Below are positions 1 to 12,611 of a DNA stretch of 64,000 nucleotides, piece after piece. The stretch comes from Lama guanicoe (lineage: Eukaryota). The notes below the pieces were generated by a model that was not told where the DNA came from, did not search any database, and saw nothing but the letters and a program-made list of their open reading frames with translations. Every line of letters starts with the position of its first letter. Positions within the stretch are counted from its first letter, which is position 1. The stretch covers positions 92,132 through 156,131 of the forward strand of contig MU053347.1 of the NCBI GenBank assembly GCA_013239625.1, in the 5' to 3' direction. Made by a program: the position numbers and the translations under genes.

Positions 1-1410
1 CTGCCTTTTGTTGTCCCTCCCTCCGTCCCCGTCTCTTCCCCTGGAAACCATTGAACTGCTTTCTATCACAACATATTGGTTTGCATTTTCAATATCTTTA
101 TATGAATGGATTCATGAAGTATCTACTCTATGTTGTGTGACTTCTTTCATTCAGTGTAATTATTTTGAGAGTCATCTGTGTTGCTGTATTAATAGCTTAT
201 TTGTCTTATAGCAGAGTATTGTTTAGTGCTGAGTTTTACTGAATAGTTTATTGTGAGCAGTGTTTGGATAGACCATCATTTCTTTCTGCGTTTACTTCTT
301 GATGGATGCATGGGTTATTTACAACTTGAGCTATTATAAATAAATTTGCAGTGAATATTTGGTTACAAGTCTTTGTATGCTTTTCTTTTCTAAAGCACCA
401 GATGAGGAATATCTGGGTTATATGGTAGATAGGTGTTTAAATTTCTTAAAGAAAGTGTTAAAGACTTTTCCAAAATGGTTGTACTATTATAAATTCCACA
501 TGGTGTGTATCAGTTCTGGTTGCTCTACTTTCTTGCCAGCACTTTTTAAGGTCGATCTTTCTAATCGTATTCCTTCTAGTATGTATGTGAACTAGTATCT
601 CACTGTGGTATTTAAAAGCATTTCTCTAATGACTAATGACATCTTTAATTAGCATCTTTTCATCTGCTTATTATCCATCTGGATATCTTTACTGAAGTGT
701 ATTTTCTGGTCTCATTCATTCATTCAGGTGTTTGCATTATTATTGAATTTTGAGACCTCTTTATTCTGGATCAGATACAAAGAGAGACCTTTATCAGATA
801 TATGATCTGCAAATAGCTTCTGTCTATGGCTTGCTTTTCATTTGCTTAGCAGTGTTTAGAAGAGCTTTGAAGAGTCTTCATGTTGATAACGTTCACTCTA
901 CCAGTTACTTTTTAAAATACATTATACTTTTGGTGTCATAACAAAGATATATTTGCCAAACCCAAGGTCATAAAGCTTCAGCGTATGCTTTTTCTCCTCG
1001 CTGTCTTATAGTTTTAGATTTCCTATTAAGATCTATGATCCATTTTAAGTTAAATATTGTATATTTTGTGAGGTGTGGATCAAAGTTCATTTCTTTTTTT
1101 TGCGTATCACTATCTAATTGTTCCAGCACTACATGTTGTAAAGATCCTTTCTCCACTGCATGCTTTTTGAGAATCAATTGTCTATATAAGTGTTGGTTTA
1201 GTTCTGAACATTCTATTGTGTTCCATTATTCTATTTTCCTGTTTTACACCAACACCATACTTTCTGATTACTGTAGCTTTATAAAAAAAGTCTGAAAATC
1301 AGATAGTGTAAGTCTTCCAGCTTTGTTTTTCTTGTTCAAAGTTGTTTCAGATATTTGGGATCCTTTGCATTTTTATATGAATTTTAGAATCAGTTTTCAT
1401 ATTCCTTACA
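1..1410 (-). mobile_element. Old L1M (L1MD/ME-like) LINE 3' portion, degenerate
   Basis: T-rich antisense L1 3'UTR/ORF2-end text. Minus ORF 968-1177 (EMNFDPHLTKYTIFNLKWIIDLN) resembles the L1 ORF2 C-terminus. Confidence 0.85.
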
Positions 1411-2788
1411 TCCTGTTCTGCCAAAATTCCACCCATGTCTTTGACCATCTCCAAAGCCACATTTTCTGAAGAAGTCTCTCTAGATCCCAGGTGAAAGGAA
1501 TTTCTCTTTTGTCTGTGCTCCATTCGCATTTCATAATATTTGATTACATTTATTCATATTTGGCTGTATGTACTTGTCTGATCTTTCCTGCCATAGAGTA
1601 AACCTCTCAAGATTAGGAATCTTGACTTTGTTCCCTATGTCTGCTGAGAAAATTAGTTCTGTGTTTTGCAGGAGTGAGCCCTGCAGTAAGAGGTATCTGC
1701 AGCACACACCTAGCTCATTGCTTGCGTATTGTCAAGGAATCCTGCAGATTTAGAATTGTTTATTGATTGTTGTCTCCAAGACGTCTCAGTCTTTTTTATT
1801 TCTATTACTACTGCTGCAGTTTCAAAGAACAATGGGCTAATTATTTTCCAAATATCAAAACATACTGTAATTGAGTTGTGATGCAAATTATGTGCTGCTG
1901 TGTCTTAAAAACCTGCTTAGTGTTCACAGGCTCCTTCACTCATGGAACTTTTGGGAGAATGACATATCCTTAGAGAAAGCACTGCTGACTTTGGCGACCT
2001 GAGCAGCAGTATCTGAACTCACTCCTGCTGTATTTACATTGTCCCCTCTAGCCCTCCTCCAGCCATCCATGGGGGGACCTGCAGTTCTACCCTTGAAAAG
2101 CCTGTTGCTTCTTAGGGAGACTTCCCTATGAAACATAATCATATCCTTCTTGTGGGGACATTCAGTCCAGTGACCTGACAGCGGGGGAAAATGTTTAGCC
2201 TGCTCTTGGTACAGCCTAAACTCTTCCATACTAATTAGAAGCAAATCCAATGAGGAAATTGTGTTGGCATCTAACAAATCAGCATAAATGTCTGATGAGG
2301 AAGATCAGCTTCCCCATCCCACTCAGGCTTAATGTTGATGTGACACTCACCTTGGCTAACATTTTCTCCTGTGAGAAACGTAAGTTTCAAGACATTATGA
2401 ATGGCTTTTTGTTTTTCTTCCTTGGTCTCTCCACATTAACTGTGTCTGGTGAGATTATATGAATCCTGCTTATTTTCAGCCCAGCACTTACCCTTTTTAA
2501 AGGATCACATGTTTAAAAGTCTAGTGGACAATTTGTTAGAAGATGGAAATCCTTAGATTTTGGTCCTAGAGTTGAATCTTGGTTAGGGGTGAGTGAAAAT
2601 TCCCATTTAAGTTTTAAATTCAGCGTTACAAAGTTTCAAAAATAGTTAAATATTAGTGAATTTCATTAAACACTTTAGCAGTTATTTAATTTTAAGCCTG
2701 TTTCTGGGGCAATTTTGCAATGATTCCCTCTCTTTATTGATTCCCTCTCTATCAGAATCCTTGAGAGGCCCCTGTCATCACTGTCAGT

Positions 2789-2817
2789 ATCATCATCATC
2801 ATCATCATCATAATCAT
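2789..2817. repeat. (CAT)n microsatellite
   Basis: atcatcatcatcatcatcatcataatcat. Confidence 0.9.
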
Positions 2818-3439
2818 GGAACTGATTCCTCTGGAAGATTATAGGAAAATAAACAGATGGGTGGGGTTATGTGTAGCTCAGTGTGTGCATATACAATAAG
2901 AACAGTTATCAGACATTAGATGCAAGATATCCATTTTATTTAGAGAAGAATGTGGTCATTAAATCCTGATGTGGTGAATGAAGCAGTGGGAACAGGATAG
3001 TCAATGGAAAGGAGGAGGAAGTGAGCAAAGCGGGGAGCATAGATCCTTGGTTAGCCGATCATCAAATTGGTGTGAATGAGGGGAGTGGGGTGGCAGAATC
3101 ATGTTCCTCTCCCACCACAGGTTAGCCAACTGTGACATGTTTCTGTACATGGCAAAAGGGATGACAGATATATTAGGAGAAAAATCTTAGAGGATTTCTG
3201 TCTTCTAAATTGTCTATTAGCCTTTTAAACCCATGATACATTATTAAAGATTAGTGGAGGGCCACAAAAAAAAGGATTCATATAATCTCACCACACATAC
3301 TGAAGGTAGAAAGACTAAGGAAGAAAAACAAAAAGTCATTCATAAGTGCCTTGAACCTTAAATTGCTCATGAGAGGAAATGTCACACAAGGTGAATGTCA
3401 CAGCCACATACATAATGCCTGAATGGGAGGGGAGAAGGG

Positions 3440-3849
3440 GATCCTGAGATGAGACAATAGGGTGAGTAGCCTGGATTGTCCAGGTGGGCCCAATGTAATC
3501 AAAGGTGTCCTTAAAATGGAGGACATAGCCCAACTGAGTTTAAAATCAGAGGGAGGTGTAGCCATGGAGCAGTGTTCAGAAAGGCTGCTGGCCATGAAAA
3601 TGGAATAAGTTGTGGGGCACAAGCTAAGGAAGGTGGGTGACCTCTGGAAACTGGAAAATAAAACAAAAAAAAGGAAACATTCTCTTCTAGATCCTCTAGA
3701 AGGAAGGAATCCTGCTATTAACTTGAATTTAGCTCAATGAGAACTGTGTTGGATCTCTGACCTCCAAAGCCATAAGGTGATAAATCTGTGCTGCTTTAAT
3801 TTGTTAAGCTTATGGAAGTTTTTTACAGTGGTAATAGAAAAATAACATA
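3440..3849 (+). mobile_element. MaLR solo LTR, MLT1D-like
   Basis: ggattgtccaggtgggcccaatgtaatca ... ctctgacctcca ... ataaatctgtgctgctttaa ... atagaaaaataaca match the recalled MLT1 consensus. Confidence 0.8.
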
Positions 3850-4141
3850 GTGAGCGGTAGTGTAAGGGATTAAAGTTCTAGGCTGGGGTGTGGAGAGGAT
3901 TCTGACATTTACACCTAAAAAACAACCAGGTGCAGTGGGAAGGTGTTTTAAGGAAGACCTACCTGGCAGGGCTGTTAAGAGGACTGTTTGGTGTGAGGAG
4001 AGCATTGGAGTAGAGGAATCAATTAAATCTCTAACTGAAAAATAATGAATAAAATCTAACAGGGCTTCAGTGTTAGTGGATGCAGGAATGGAAATGGGCA
4101 AATTAGCTACTGATGATTGCATGTTAGGGAGAGTTAGCCGA

Positions 4142-4493
4142 TGTGTGGACTGAATGTTTGCATCCCCTCAAAATCCATATGATGAAACCCCATCTCCCAG
4201 TGTGATGGTATTGGGAGGCAGGGCCTTTGAGAGGTGATTACTAGGATAAAATGAGGTCATGAGAGTAGAGCCCTCATGAATGGGATTAGTGCCCTTATAA
4301 AGGGCCCCAGATTGCTTGCTTCTCTCTGTTCTCTGGCCCATGAAGATAGTGGGAAGACAGCCATCTTCGAGCCATGAAGGCTATCCTCTCCCAGATACAT
4401 TAACCTCAGCCTCCAAAACTTAAGCAACATGCTGGTTGTTTAAGCCACCCGACCCACGGTAATTTGTTACAGCATCCCAGACTGACGAAGACA
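4142..4493 (+). mobile_element. MaLR solo LTR, MLT1A-like
   Basis: tg..ggactgaatgtttg ... gccctcatgaatgggattagtgcccttataa ... ttgtttaagccaccc ... gactgacgaagaca. Confidence 0.85.
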
Positions 4494-4653
4494 GTGGAGG
4501 ATATCACTGAGTTTGGCACTGATTGCCTGGAGAATGCTGAAACCCAGGGAAGTGGGCAGCACAGACGTTTACTCATTTAATCCTGGCAACACAGTACGAG
4601 ATAGAGTCTACAAATTCCTCGCTATTTAAAAAGGAAGGAAAAAGAGGCACAAA

Positions 4654-4677
4654 TAACAACAACAACAACAACAACAA
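4654..4677. repeat. (CAA)n microsatellite inside a MIR fragment
   Basis: aacaacaacaacaacaacaacaa. Confidence 0.85.
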
Positions 4678-5484
4678 TTTTTCCAAGATTCACACAGAAC
4701 CCCCTGGAGGCAGAGTGAGAATTTATACTCAGGCAGGCTGGCCCCAGAGCCCCAGCTCATAACTACTAAGTCAGATCACCTTGCTTATGTGGATCAATTT
4801 TTTTCAAGTGTGATATGAGGGTACTGTGTCCAGTAACTTATAATTTCAAAATAACTCACTGTAAGGAAATCAGTTGCAGGCATTGCAAACCACAGAAAGC
4901 TAGACATACAAAAATAACTCGTTAGGGCAAGATAACCAATAATGTTTTTAAATATTATACTTGCTGAACCTTTGCAATAAAATGTGTATTTTTAATTCTG
5001 TCTGGCTACAGAATAACTTCATAATCCTGAATGTTGCTGGTGGCTCCAATGGTGGACAGCACGGGCCTAGAGAATTTAAGTGACTTGTCCAGCCTCGCTC
5101 AGTAAACTTGTGGCGGGATCAGAGCTATAGGCTGGGACTTTTCCTTCCTATTCAACATGTCCCTCATGGAAGTTTAGAAGATTTCCTTTGGTGCACAGCT
5201 GTCTATCCATACTTATGACATCTTGTCAGGTGTCCCAGCCTGCTCCTGAACATCAGCCAGTAACCACTTCTGCTCTTTTCTGGCCAGGTAATACATTCTA
5301 GCAACTTCCATTGACTTATTGACATCAGTTCTTACCTGGAAGGATAGTGGCTAGGGATGCAAATGTGTCCACATGACAGGATATTCATAAACATAGCAGG
5401 AGTTGTCAAGAGAAGAAAACGTCAGGAAGACGAGTGGAAACAAGTCATTTAATACACCAAATGGGTACTTTCAATGTATGTTTG

Positions 5485-6005
5485 TGTTTCCAAGTCCAGA
5501 CTTGTTCTGTTCATGCATTACAGGCCAATATATCGGGAGACCAGATTTTGGGGCAACAAATAGCGACTTTAATTTGGAAAGCCAGCTGAGAAGATGGAAG
5601 TCTAATGTCCTGGAAAACCATCTACCGACGTCAGAATTCAGGCTCTTTTTATATTAAAAAGGGGAAGCAGGAATGCTTGGTTGTTGCAAACTTGGTTTAT
5701 GAATTCTTCGTTGTTAGAATCTTTTGTTCTTGCAGCTCTTCACCTGGGTCAGATCCGTGTAAACCTCCAACAAACAAATGTTATTTTATATTCTGTAACT
5801 TGTTATCTTTATATGAATGGAAAAGTGTTAATATCCTTTAAAGTCAGGGCCTTGAGAATAGGGCCTCCTGTATGTATCAGGCTCTAGGCAACATTGTTTA
5901 ACAAAAGGTGCAGAACCAACAAGACTAATCCTAGGAAACAGGGCACAGGTTTAAAGTGAAAAGAACAGATATAATATGGAGTCAGATTTGTTCTTTCCTA
6001 TTTCA
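5485..6005 (-). mobile_element. ERV1 solo LTR (MER41/LTR39-like), copy A
   Basis: TG...CA termini. Homologous along its length to 6679-7153 (inverted) and 42722-43261 (same orientation). Shared terminal motif atggagtcagatttgttc. Confidence 0.85.
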
Positions 6006-6678
6006 GTAGTGCCATGGAGAAGACACTTTGGGCAGCTTGTTGTAGGGTCCTGGAGGCTTTCTCTCTCAGCCTCTGGGCGCCTCTATTGTAAACCCTTCAT
6101 AGCTGTCTGGCCTGCTGGAAAAAGACTCCGACTGTTTTGCCCAGAAGATGTGTTCTGTTTATAACTCATCTCTACTCCTTGGAAAACAACTCAAGAGAAA
6201 CTAAGTTGGCTTTCCACCAGCCCTGGACAGGGGTGAGGGATAGCATGTTATTATTTTATAAAATAAAAATAAAAATAAAAATAATAAAAATAATAAAAGA
6301 AGTCTTAAAACAGCACTGTGCACATAGCAGAGAGACAATAAATGTTTCTTGGCTTAAATTAACAGTGATGGCTCAGTGATTCCATGGCTACTGTATTTGC
6401 TGTGCTAGATACTCCTTTGCTCCATTAAAATTTTTTTAACTGAAAAAGAAATACATGCATATGATTAAAAAATTTCAAACAGAGCACAAAAATACACAAG
6501 TGAAAGAAGTTTTCCCTCATCCTCTGTTCTTTCAGCCCTCCCTGGAGATGCCACAGTTTATCCTTTGTGTGCTTTTCCAGATATGTTATGCACATTCTCA
6601 CCTATGTATGTAAATTCCTTTAAACTTTTACTAATTTTTAACTTATAGGGGTATAAATCCTCAAGCGCCTTCTGCCCG

Positions 6679-7153
6679 GGTAATAGAAAAGAACAAATCT
6701 GACTCCATACTAGATCTTTTCCTTTGACTTTAACCCTGTGCTCTGTCTCCTAGGCTTCATCTTGCTTGTGAAACAATGTTGCCTAGAGCCTGAAATATAC
6801 AGGAGAGCCTATTCTGAAGTTTAACGATATTTAACACTTTTTCATTCATAAAAAGATAACAAGTTTCAGAATAGAAAATAACTTTTGGTTTGCTGGAGGT
6901 TTAGAGATTTGACTCAGGCAGATAGCTGCAAGAATAAAGGATTCTAACAAAAAAGAATTCCTACACCAAGAAGAGTTTGCTACAACCAAGCACGTAGGAA
7001 AGGAGCCTGAATTTTGACTTGGGGAGATGGTATTCCAGGACATTAGTTTGCCATCTAGGTCTACAGAAACTTGCTATTCCACGCCCCAACACCTGGTCTC
7101 CCAACTTACTGGCCAGTCCTGCACTGAGGAGAATGAATTTGGACCCGGTAACA
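6679..7153 (+). mobile_element. ERV1 solo LTR (MER41/LTR39-like), copy B, inverted relative to copy A
   Basis: gtaatagaaaagaacaaatctgactccat ... ggacccggtaaca is the reverse complement of copies A and C. The polyA-signal region is deleted or degenerate. Confidence 0.85.
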
Positions 7154-7779
7154 CTCCTATTTACCTAGCAAGCTGGGCACTGGAACTGAGGGCAGCTCTC
7201 CCACACCCAGGGACCTACTGTGAGCCCTTGATGGTTCCCCTATAGTGGGGTGTGGTTTAATCAGGAGGGATGGGGACTATGCACCAACACTCAGGCAGTC
7301 TGCTCCCTCTGGGGCTCTGATCTTGTACCACACCGCTCCCCGCCAGCCCAACACCTGGGACAGTGGAGCTAAGGCAGAGATCTTGCCTGCCTGTTTCCCA
7401 GCGTGTAAAAGGGGAATATGTACTCTTCCCAAGGTACTTCTGAGCGACAACACCCGCTAGTGCTTGGTTCCCAGAATAACAGGAAACCCAGCTCCGCGTG
7501 GGGGCAATGGGTGTGATCCCCGTAGGGGTTCTGCAGAGGCCTCGGCTGGAGGGCTGGACCAGGGAGGTAAAATTTGAGCTGCGGGCCTTGAAGGGTTAGA
7601 GAAGGGTACAGAGGCAGGACTGCCGCCTGTTTCGGGGTTCGCCCAGAGGTAAAGCTTTTTCTCTCCAGCTCTGCTACTCCCCTCCCTCCTCCAGATTACT
7701 CCCTTCTCTCTGCACCTCCTGTCCATCTGTCTACCTCCACTTTTCCCCTCCTCCCCTCCTCCTCCGATCTTCTCCCTCC

Positions 7780-8400
7780 CTCACTTCCCCAGCTTCTCTC
7801 ACAGAACCCAGAGGAGCGCTGGCCCTCCTGCGCATGCGTAGTCGGTGCCAGGTGGACCGCGGTTTGGAAGCTCCAGCTCCGAGCCGGGGATCGGCCACAA
7901 AGGCTTCTCAGCTATGTCACCCGGTAGGCCTTTGGTTCCTTCCCCGGGCCGGGGCCTCCGGCTGTGGAAGTACAAGGTGGGGGGCTCACGGGAAAGGTTC
8001 AGGCGGCTGCGGGAGGGCGGTCGGCGTGTCACAGCCCGCGAGGGCGCGAGTCAGCATGTGTTCAGCTGAATTGCTCGGGCCAAGCCCCTCTGCCCCGGCG
8101 CCCTGGCCACAGCTGCCCAGGGCCAGGTGTGCACCTGCCGCCTCTCGCCCCAGCCGGGGTCCCCTTCCCCTCTCCCGCCCGCGAGTCCTCTCCTCCCGGG
8201 CTTCCTCTCCTAGGCCGCCGGCCCGTCCCCGCCCCTGGGCGGGCTGTGTCCCGGGACGGCGGGGTCTGCTGACCCGGACGGGGGCGGGCGGCTGGGGCTG
8301 GGGCTGGCCTCCGAGCGGGGCTGCAGCCCGCGTCAACCCCCCCCCCCCGCTTTCCCTCTCCCCCGACCCCGGGGCTGCACTGCTCTCCCTTTCCTGCTCC
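7780..8400 (+). promoter_or_regulatory. CpG-island promoter with NRF1 motif
   Basis: Strongest dense CpG/GC-rich block in the window. TGCGCATGCGTA at 7829-7840, GC-box-like GGGGCGGG at ~8281, upstream pyrimidine tract 7655-7800, candidate donor AAG|GTGGGG at 7976/7977. Confidence 0.85.
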
Positions 8401-8405
8401 TTCAG

Positions 8406-8545
8406 GACCTGCTCAGCAGCGTGGGCGCTGCTCCCAGGGCTGAGAGCCTCAGGCTGTAAATACCACCTTCTCCTGGTGAAGTCGGCAAAAGGGAGCGTCA
8501 GTGCTGAGGTAGCTTCCGTCTCCTCCCTCAGTGTTTCTGCCCCAA
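8406..8545 (+). ncRNA. Predicted non-coding exon of a CpG-island-driven transcript
   Basis: Long polypyrimidine tract ctctccctttcctgctccttcAG and strong donor CAA|GTAAGT, 140 nt. Confidence 0.5.
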
Positions 8546-8934
8546 GTAAGTACCTTGAATACTTTCAGGTGTTACGATGGCTGTGCTTGTTGATGTCACA
8601 TGTTTTTATAGTGAGAGAGATTACTGGGTTGAAAGCAGGGCTTGGTTCAGTTAAAAATGAGCTGAAGGCATGAGTCTGTGACATCCTCCAGGCTTCCCTC
8701 TCCCAGGGTGAAACGTGTGACTTTTGATTTTAGAAAGATAGTTACAGTCCCTAACAAGTCCAGCCCAGCTAGTGTGTGTTAACAGGAAGAGCACCACCAG
8801 AGGCGTTGGAGACCTAAGGACATTGCAGTCCTAAAGATCTCCTGGCACAGTTTGGTTTGTTTTGGTTTTTTGTTTTTCTTAAATTGTGTGGCAGACTAGT
8901 TGCATAGAGGGGAAAATAATTGTCAAGAAATATG

Positions 8935-9300
8935 TTTTTCATATAACAGCTTTATTGTGATATTGTTCACACAAAATGAAGTCATCCATTTAAATGGTAC
9001 AATTCAGCAGCTTTTAGCATATTCACAGTGGTGCAACCATTATTATTCCAGAACGTTTTCATCACTTCAGAAAGAACAGTGGAAATCAATGACCTATCCA
9101 CCCTTCCCCAGTGGTGGTTCTAAAGAAGTTTCTTGGTTGTTTCTGACCATAAATTAACTTGTTACATTCCATGAAAAATCTGGTAGGAATTCTAATCAGA
9201 ATTGCATTGAATCTGTCTATCAAAACAGGAAGAATTAATATCTTTATGGCATAAAGTTCTTCTACCCATGAATATATCTGAGACGCTATCTTTTCATCTG
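8935..9300 (-). mobile_element. L1M fragments
   Basis: cagctttattgtgatat...catccatttaaa and the ORF2-like peptide ILPVLIDRFNAILIRIPTRFF on the minus strand. Confidence 0.75.
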
Positions 9301-9574
9301 TCCAGATCCTGGTCCATGGGGAGTCCTCGATAATTGTTGGGCTTGTGAATGATGAGGTTCTATACATTGTTAGTTGCAACTCTAGCCTTTCACTGAAGAG
9401 AAAAGTAACCTCAGTTAAGCCAAGTGACTCTCTGATGGTCAGAAAGGGTACAGTCAGTGCTGGAGTGATCCAGTGGACTTGCTGCTTGCAGCCAGAATTC
9501 TCCACCACCTATATCTACGGGGATTACAATGTTCTTTTATTTTTTTTTTAATGACTTGCTTTTATTTTTCGAAT

Positions 9575-9830
9575 TATTTTTTATTGAAGTGTAGTTAACT
9601 AACAATGTTAGTTTCAGGTGTATAGCAGAGATTCAGTTATAAACATATGCATATATATATACGTACGTTTTAGATTGTTTTTAGTACAACTGATTACAAG
9701 AATTTATATATAGTTCCCTGTGCTATATAGCAGGTCCTTGTCATATATTTTATATTTATTAACGTGTATCTGTTAATCCCCCTTTTGCGCCTACTAACCA
9801 CAGTTTGTTTCTATGTCCATGAGTCCATTT
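9575..9830 (-). mobile_element. Camelid/laurasiatherian L1 3' end
   Basis: ttttattgaagtgtagtt..acaatgttagtttcaggtgtatagca...ccctgtgctatatag...ctatgtccatgagtc. Confidence 0.8.
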
Positions 9831-12060
9831 CTAGCAGCTCCATTTTTCCTAGTTAATATATGCTGCTTGGCTGCTTTCAGTTTCAGTAATTCCATCTTAT
9901 CTGTGGGCATTTTTCTTCTGGTGGGCCTGTATGTGGTTTGCACACGTGGTAATAGAGATCTGTATTTGGGAGAACTCCAGGCCTCGTGCAGTCTCTGGTA
10001 CAGAGCGCCCACTGAGCTGATGCTTGAACTGGGAAAAAAGCATAGTAAATGTTGGAATTTCCAGTATGGTTGAGACTTCCAGGTTTCTATAACCTCTGTA
10101 GCCCACCTTAATATTGGCTGCACCCATACTGGGTAATTTGGTGGAACTCCATGTTATGGGCATCTAGAGACAGGGCCTTGTATGCTTCTTCTCTTTCCTT
10201 TTTCTAACACTTATTCTCCTTGGCCTCCCAGATCCTCCCACAGCAGTCCCCAGGGATGGCTTGCTGCTGCACTCAGGCAATATTTGTTAATAAGGCCCTT
10301 TCCTCATCTCTTCTGAGCCTCCGTTTCCTTCTCTGCACAATGAGACCGTAGACTAGATAAGTCCTTGTCAGTTTCTTTTAAAGCCATGTTTCCTTTGAGA
10401 AACAGAAAATGCAAATCTCTCCTCCCATTGTAACCCTTTAGATTTTGATACGTCCTCCAAGGATGACATAGCTGTTTGTGGAAAACTGATGCGATTGTGA
10501 TTCCAGATGGCACAGAAAAAAACTCTTCAGAAATTTATTGCAGGGTAAGGGCAGGAAAGGGGCAGTATGTCACACTTTCTAGCGTGAGCAATGGAGTTGG
10601 GGATTGGGTTTAAATACGGTGTCTGTTGTGTTCTCTCTCTAATCTTGCACAATGTGATAAACCTCTCTCCCTCAGTTTCTTCATGTGTCAAGTTGGGGTG
10701 ATAGTATTTTAGGGTTTTTGTGAAACATTATACACATAATCAATTTGTGTCTTGGTAGAAATAAGAGGTGCTAGGGAGTCAGTGATTTCTTTAAAAAAAA
10801 AAAAATCTTGTCCATAGCACTCTGTCTGTGTGTATTTTGATGTTCCTGGAGGGTGAGTGTTGAAACTAAAGTCCATCGTGGGACAGGTGGCCCATGGTTC
10901 TCTTTGTCCCAGATTGCCCCCTCCTGCCCAGTCCTCTTCCCCTCAGTCCAGGATGAAGTTCCCTGGTAGATTTACACAGAGTTCTTGTGGAAATGGCTTT
11001 TCATTTTATTGTTTCACCAAGGAGGGCTGCCATCATGATCTCTGTGGTCAGGTTTTGGTGACCTGAAGGCTATGCATATGAGGGTTTCTATTTAATAAAA
11101 AGAAAAAAATTACAAATACAACCTTAGACCTAGGGTGGTGACAGGGGCTCTTGAAAGTGGGGACCATTAGCTTTGTTAGCTTCAGGTGCAGTGGCCTCTG
11201 GCCATGAGGACCCATCCTCGTGCTCTGAAGTTGGAGGGACCAGTGGGTTCAGTGGGAAATTTAACTGAGTGTATCTCATGGTCTAGGGATTGTCCTATTT
11301 GTGCTGTGTGTTCCTTATTTGAGACAATGAACTCATTTAACCTCAATAGCCTCTTTAAAAAATTAGACTTTTAATTTTGTGATATAATGTAGATTCCCAT
11401 GTAGTTGTAAGACATAATATGGAGAGGGCCAATGGACTCTTTGCCCAATTTTCCTTAATGGTTCAATCTTGCGAAATTCAGGTACAGTTCATTATTGACT
11501 CACTAACCCTTTGAGGTTTGTATTATTGCCCTCATTTCTATTCATGATTAAACTGGGGGTTATAGAAGCACATAGTCCTGCACAGTTCACCCACATGGTT
11601 AGTGTAGAGTCGGGTAAGCGTGGGCTTGGGACTTCCAGGCAGTACCATTATGATGGTCTTTGGCAGGGAGCAGCATGCACTTTGCTTGTTTATTCATTCA
11701 TTCAACAAACATTTATTGAGTAACCTCTGTGTGTCAGATGCTTTCATAGGGTTATCAGATTCTTTAGCAGTACTGAGAATCAGGTAATATTTTCTTTTTT
11801 TTTTTAATCTGAGAAAATTAGCTCTGAGAGGTTATAAACCCCCCAAAGGAAATATAGCTCATAAAGGAAGGATAGTAAATTTGTACAGTCCCCCCTTTTA
11901 ATGCAGGTGGTACCCTAGGCAATTTACATTTGCAAACTTCTGTAACCCAGATATATTCTTGTAAGGCAAGGATTTGATTTTTAATTGAAGTATAGTCAAG
12001 TTTACAATGTTGTGTCAATTGCAGGATGTTTTTTGAATTTTGAATTAAAGAATATTTTTT

Positions 12061-12180
12061 GAGGAGGTTAATTAGGATTGTTTATTTGTTTCATGTTTTA
12101 AAATGAGGTACTGGGGATTAAACCTAGGACCTGGTACTTGCTAAGCACGTGCTCTACCACTGAACTGTACCCTCCTCCCC
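12061..12180 (-). mobile_element. Camelid tRNA-derived SINE (Vic-1 type)
   Basis: aattagg..tttatt...gaggtactggggattaaacctaggacc...ctaagcacgtgctctaccactgaact. A/B boxes are on the minus strand. Confidence 0.85.
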
Positions 12181-12611
12181 AAGGCAAGTTTTCTTATCCA
12201 TTATTCTGCAGCTTTGGAGTTCAAATAAGTTGGCGTTGAAATCCAGATGTTTTGATCCCAGTGTGGTTCTTTTCTTTATATTCTGCTTAAAGGGGTGTGG
12301 AAAGCAGTTCCTTTGTTCATTTCTTTATTCCTCAGTTTTGAGCAGTGACTTTGCATCAGTGTCTGGCTAGGTACTTGGAACAGAAAATAAGAAATTACCC
12401 TGCTCGGCAGGGGCAGGAAGCCTAGACCAAAAGCTGGGTAATGTGATCCGACCTACAGTAGCTATGTGCAGACACTGAGGACAAACTTTACCCCCGGCTT
12501 TGCTTGGACTTCCCTTGTCTTCTGGCTGGTACATACCAGGTCACCACAACCCAGAGGGGCCCACAGCCCACAGCAAAGTATGTATCTCGATCTCCTCTCC
12601 CCTCTTGGCAG

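Noticed and set aside
1936..2277. 113-aa minus-strand ORF
   Set aside because: No recognisable homology and no convincing paired splice sites.
2656..2844. Poly-His ORF
   Set aside because: Translation of a (CAT)n microsatellite.
5485..7153. LTR pair as a deleted provirus
   Set aside because: The LTRs are inverted, not direct repeats, and I see no PBS or PPT between them.
7834..8673. 279-aa ORF and overlapping Pro/Arg/Gly-rich ORFs
   Set aside because: Stop-poor GC-rich CpG island with long ORFs in several frames and strands. The sequence is low complexity, crosses predicted splice sites and has no recognisable domain.
12061..12180. tRNA gene (A/B boxes), also at 23.5, 28.7, 58.1 and 61.8 kb
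   Set aside because: These are degenerate SINE copies with an AT-rich tail and no intact cloverleaf.
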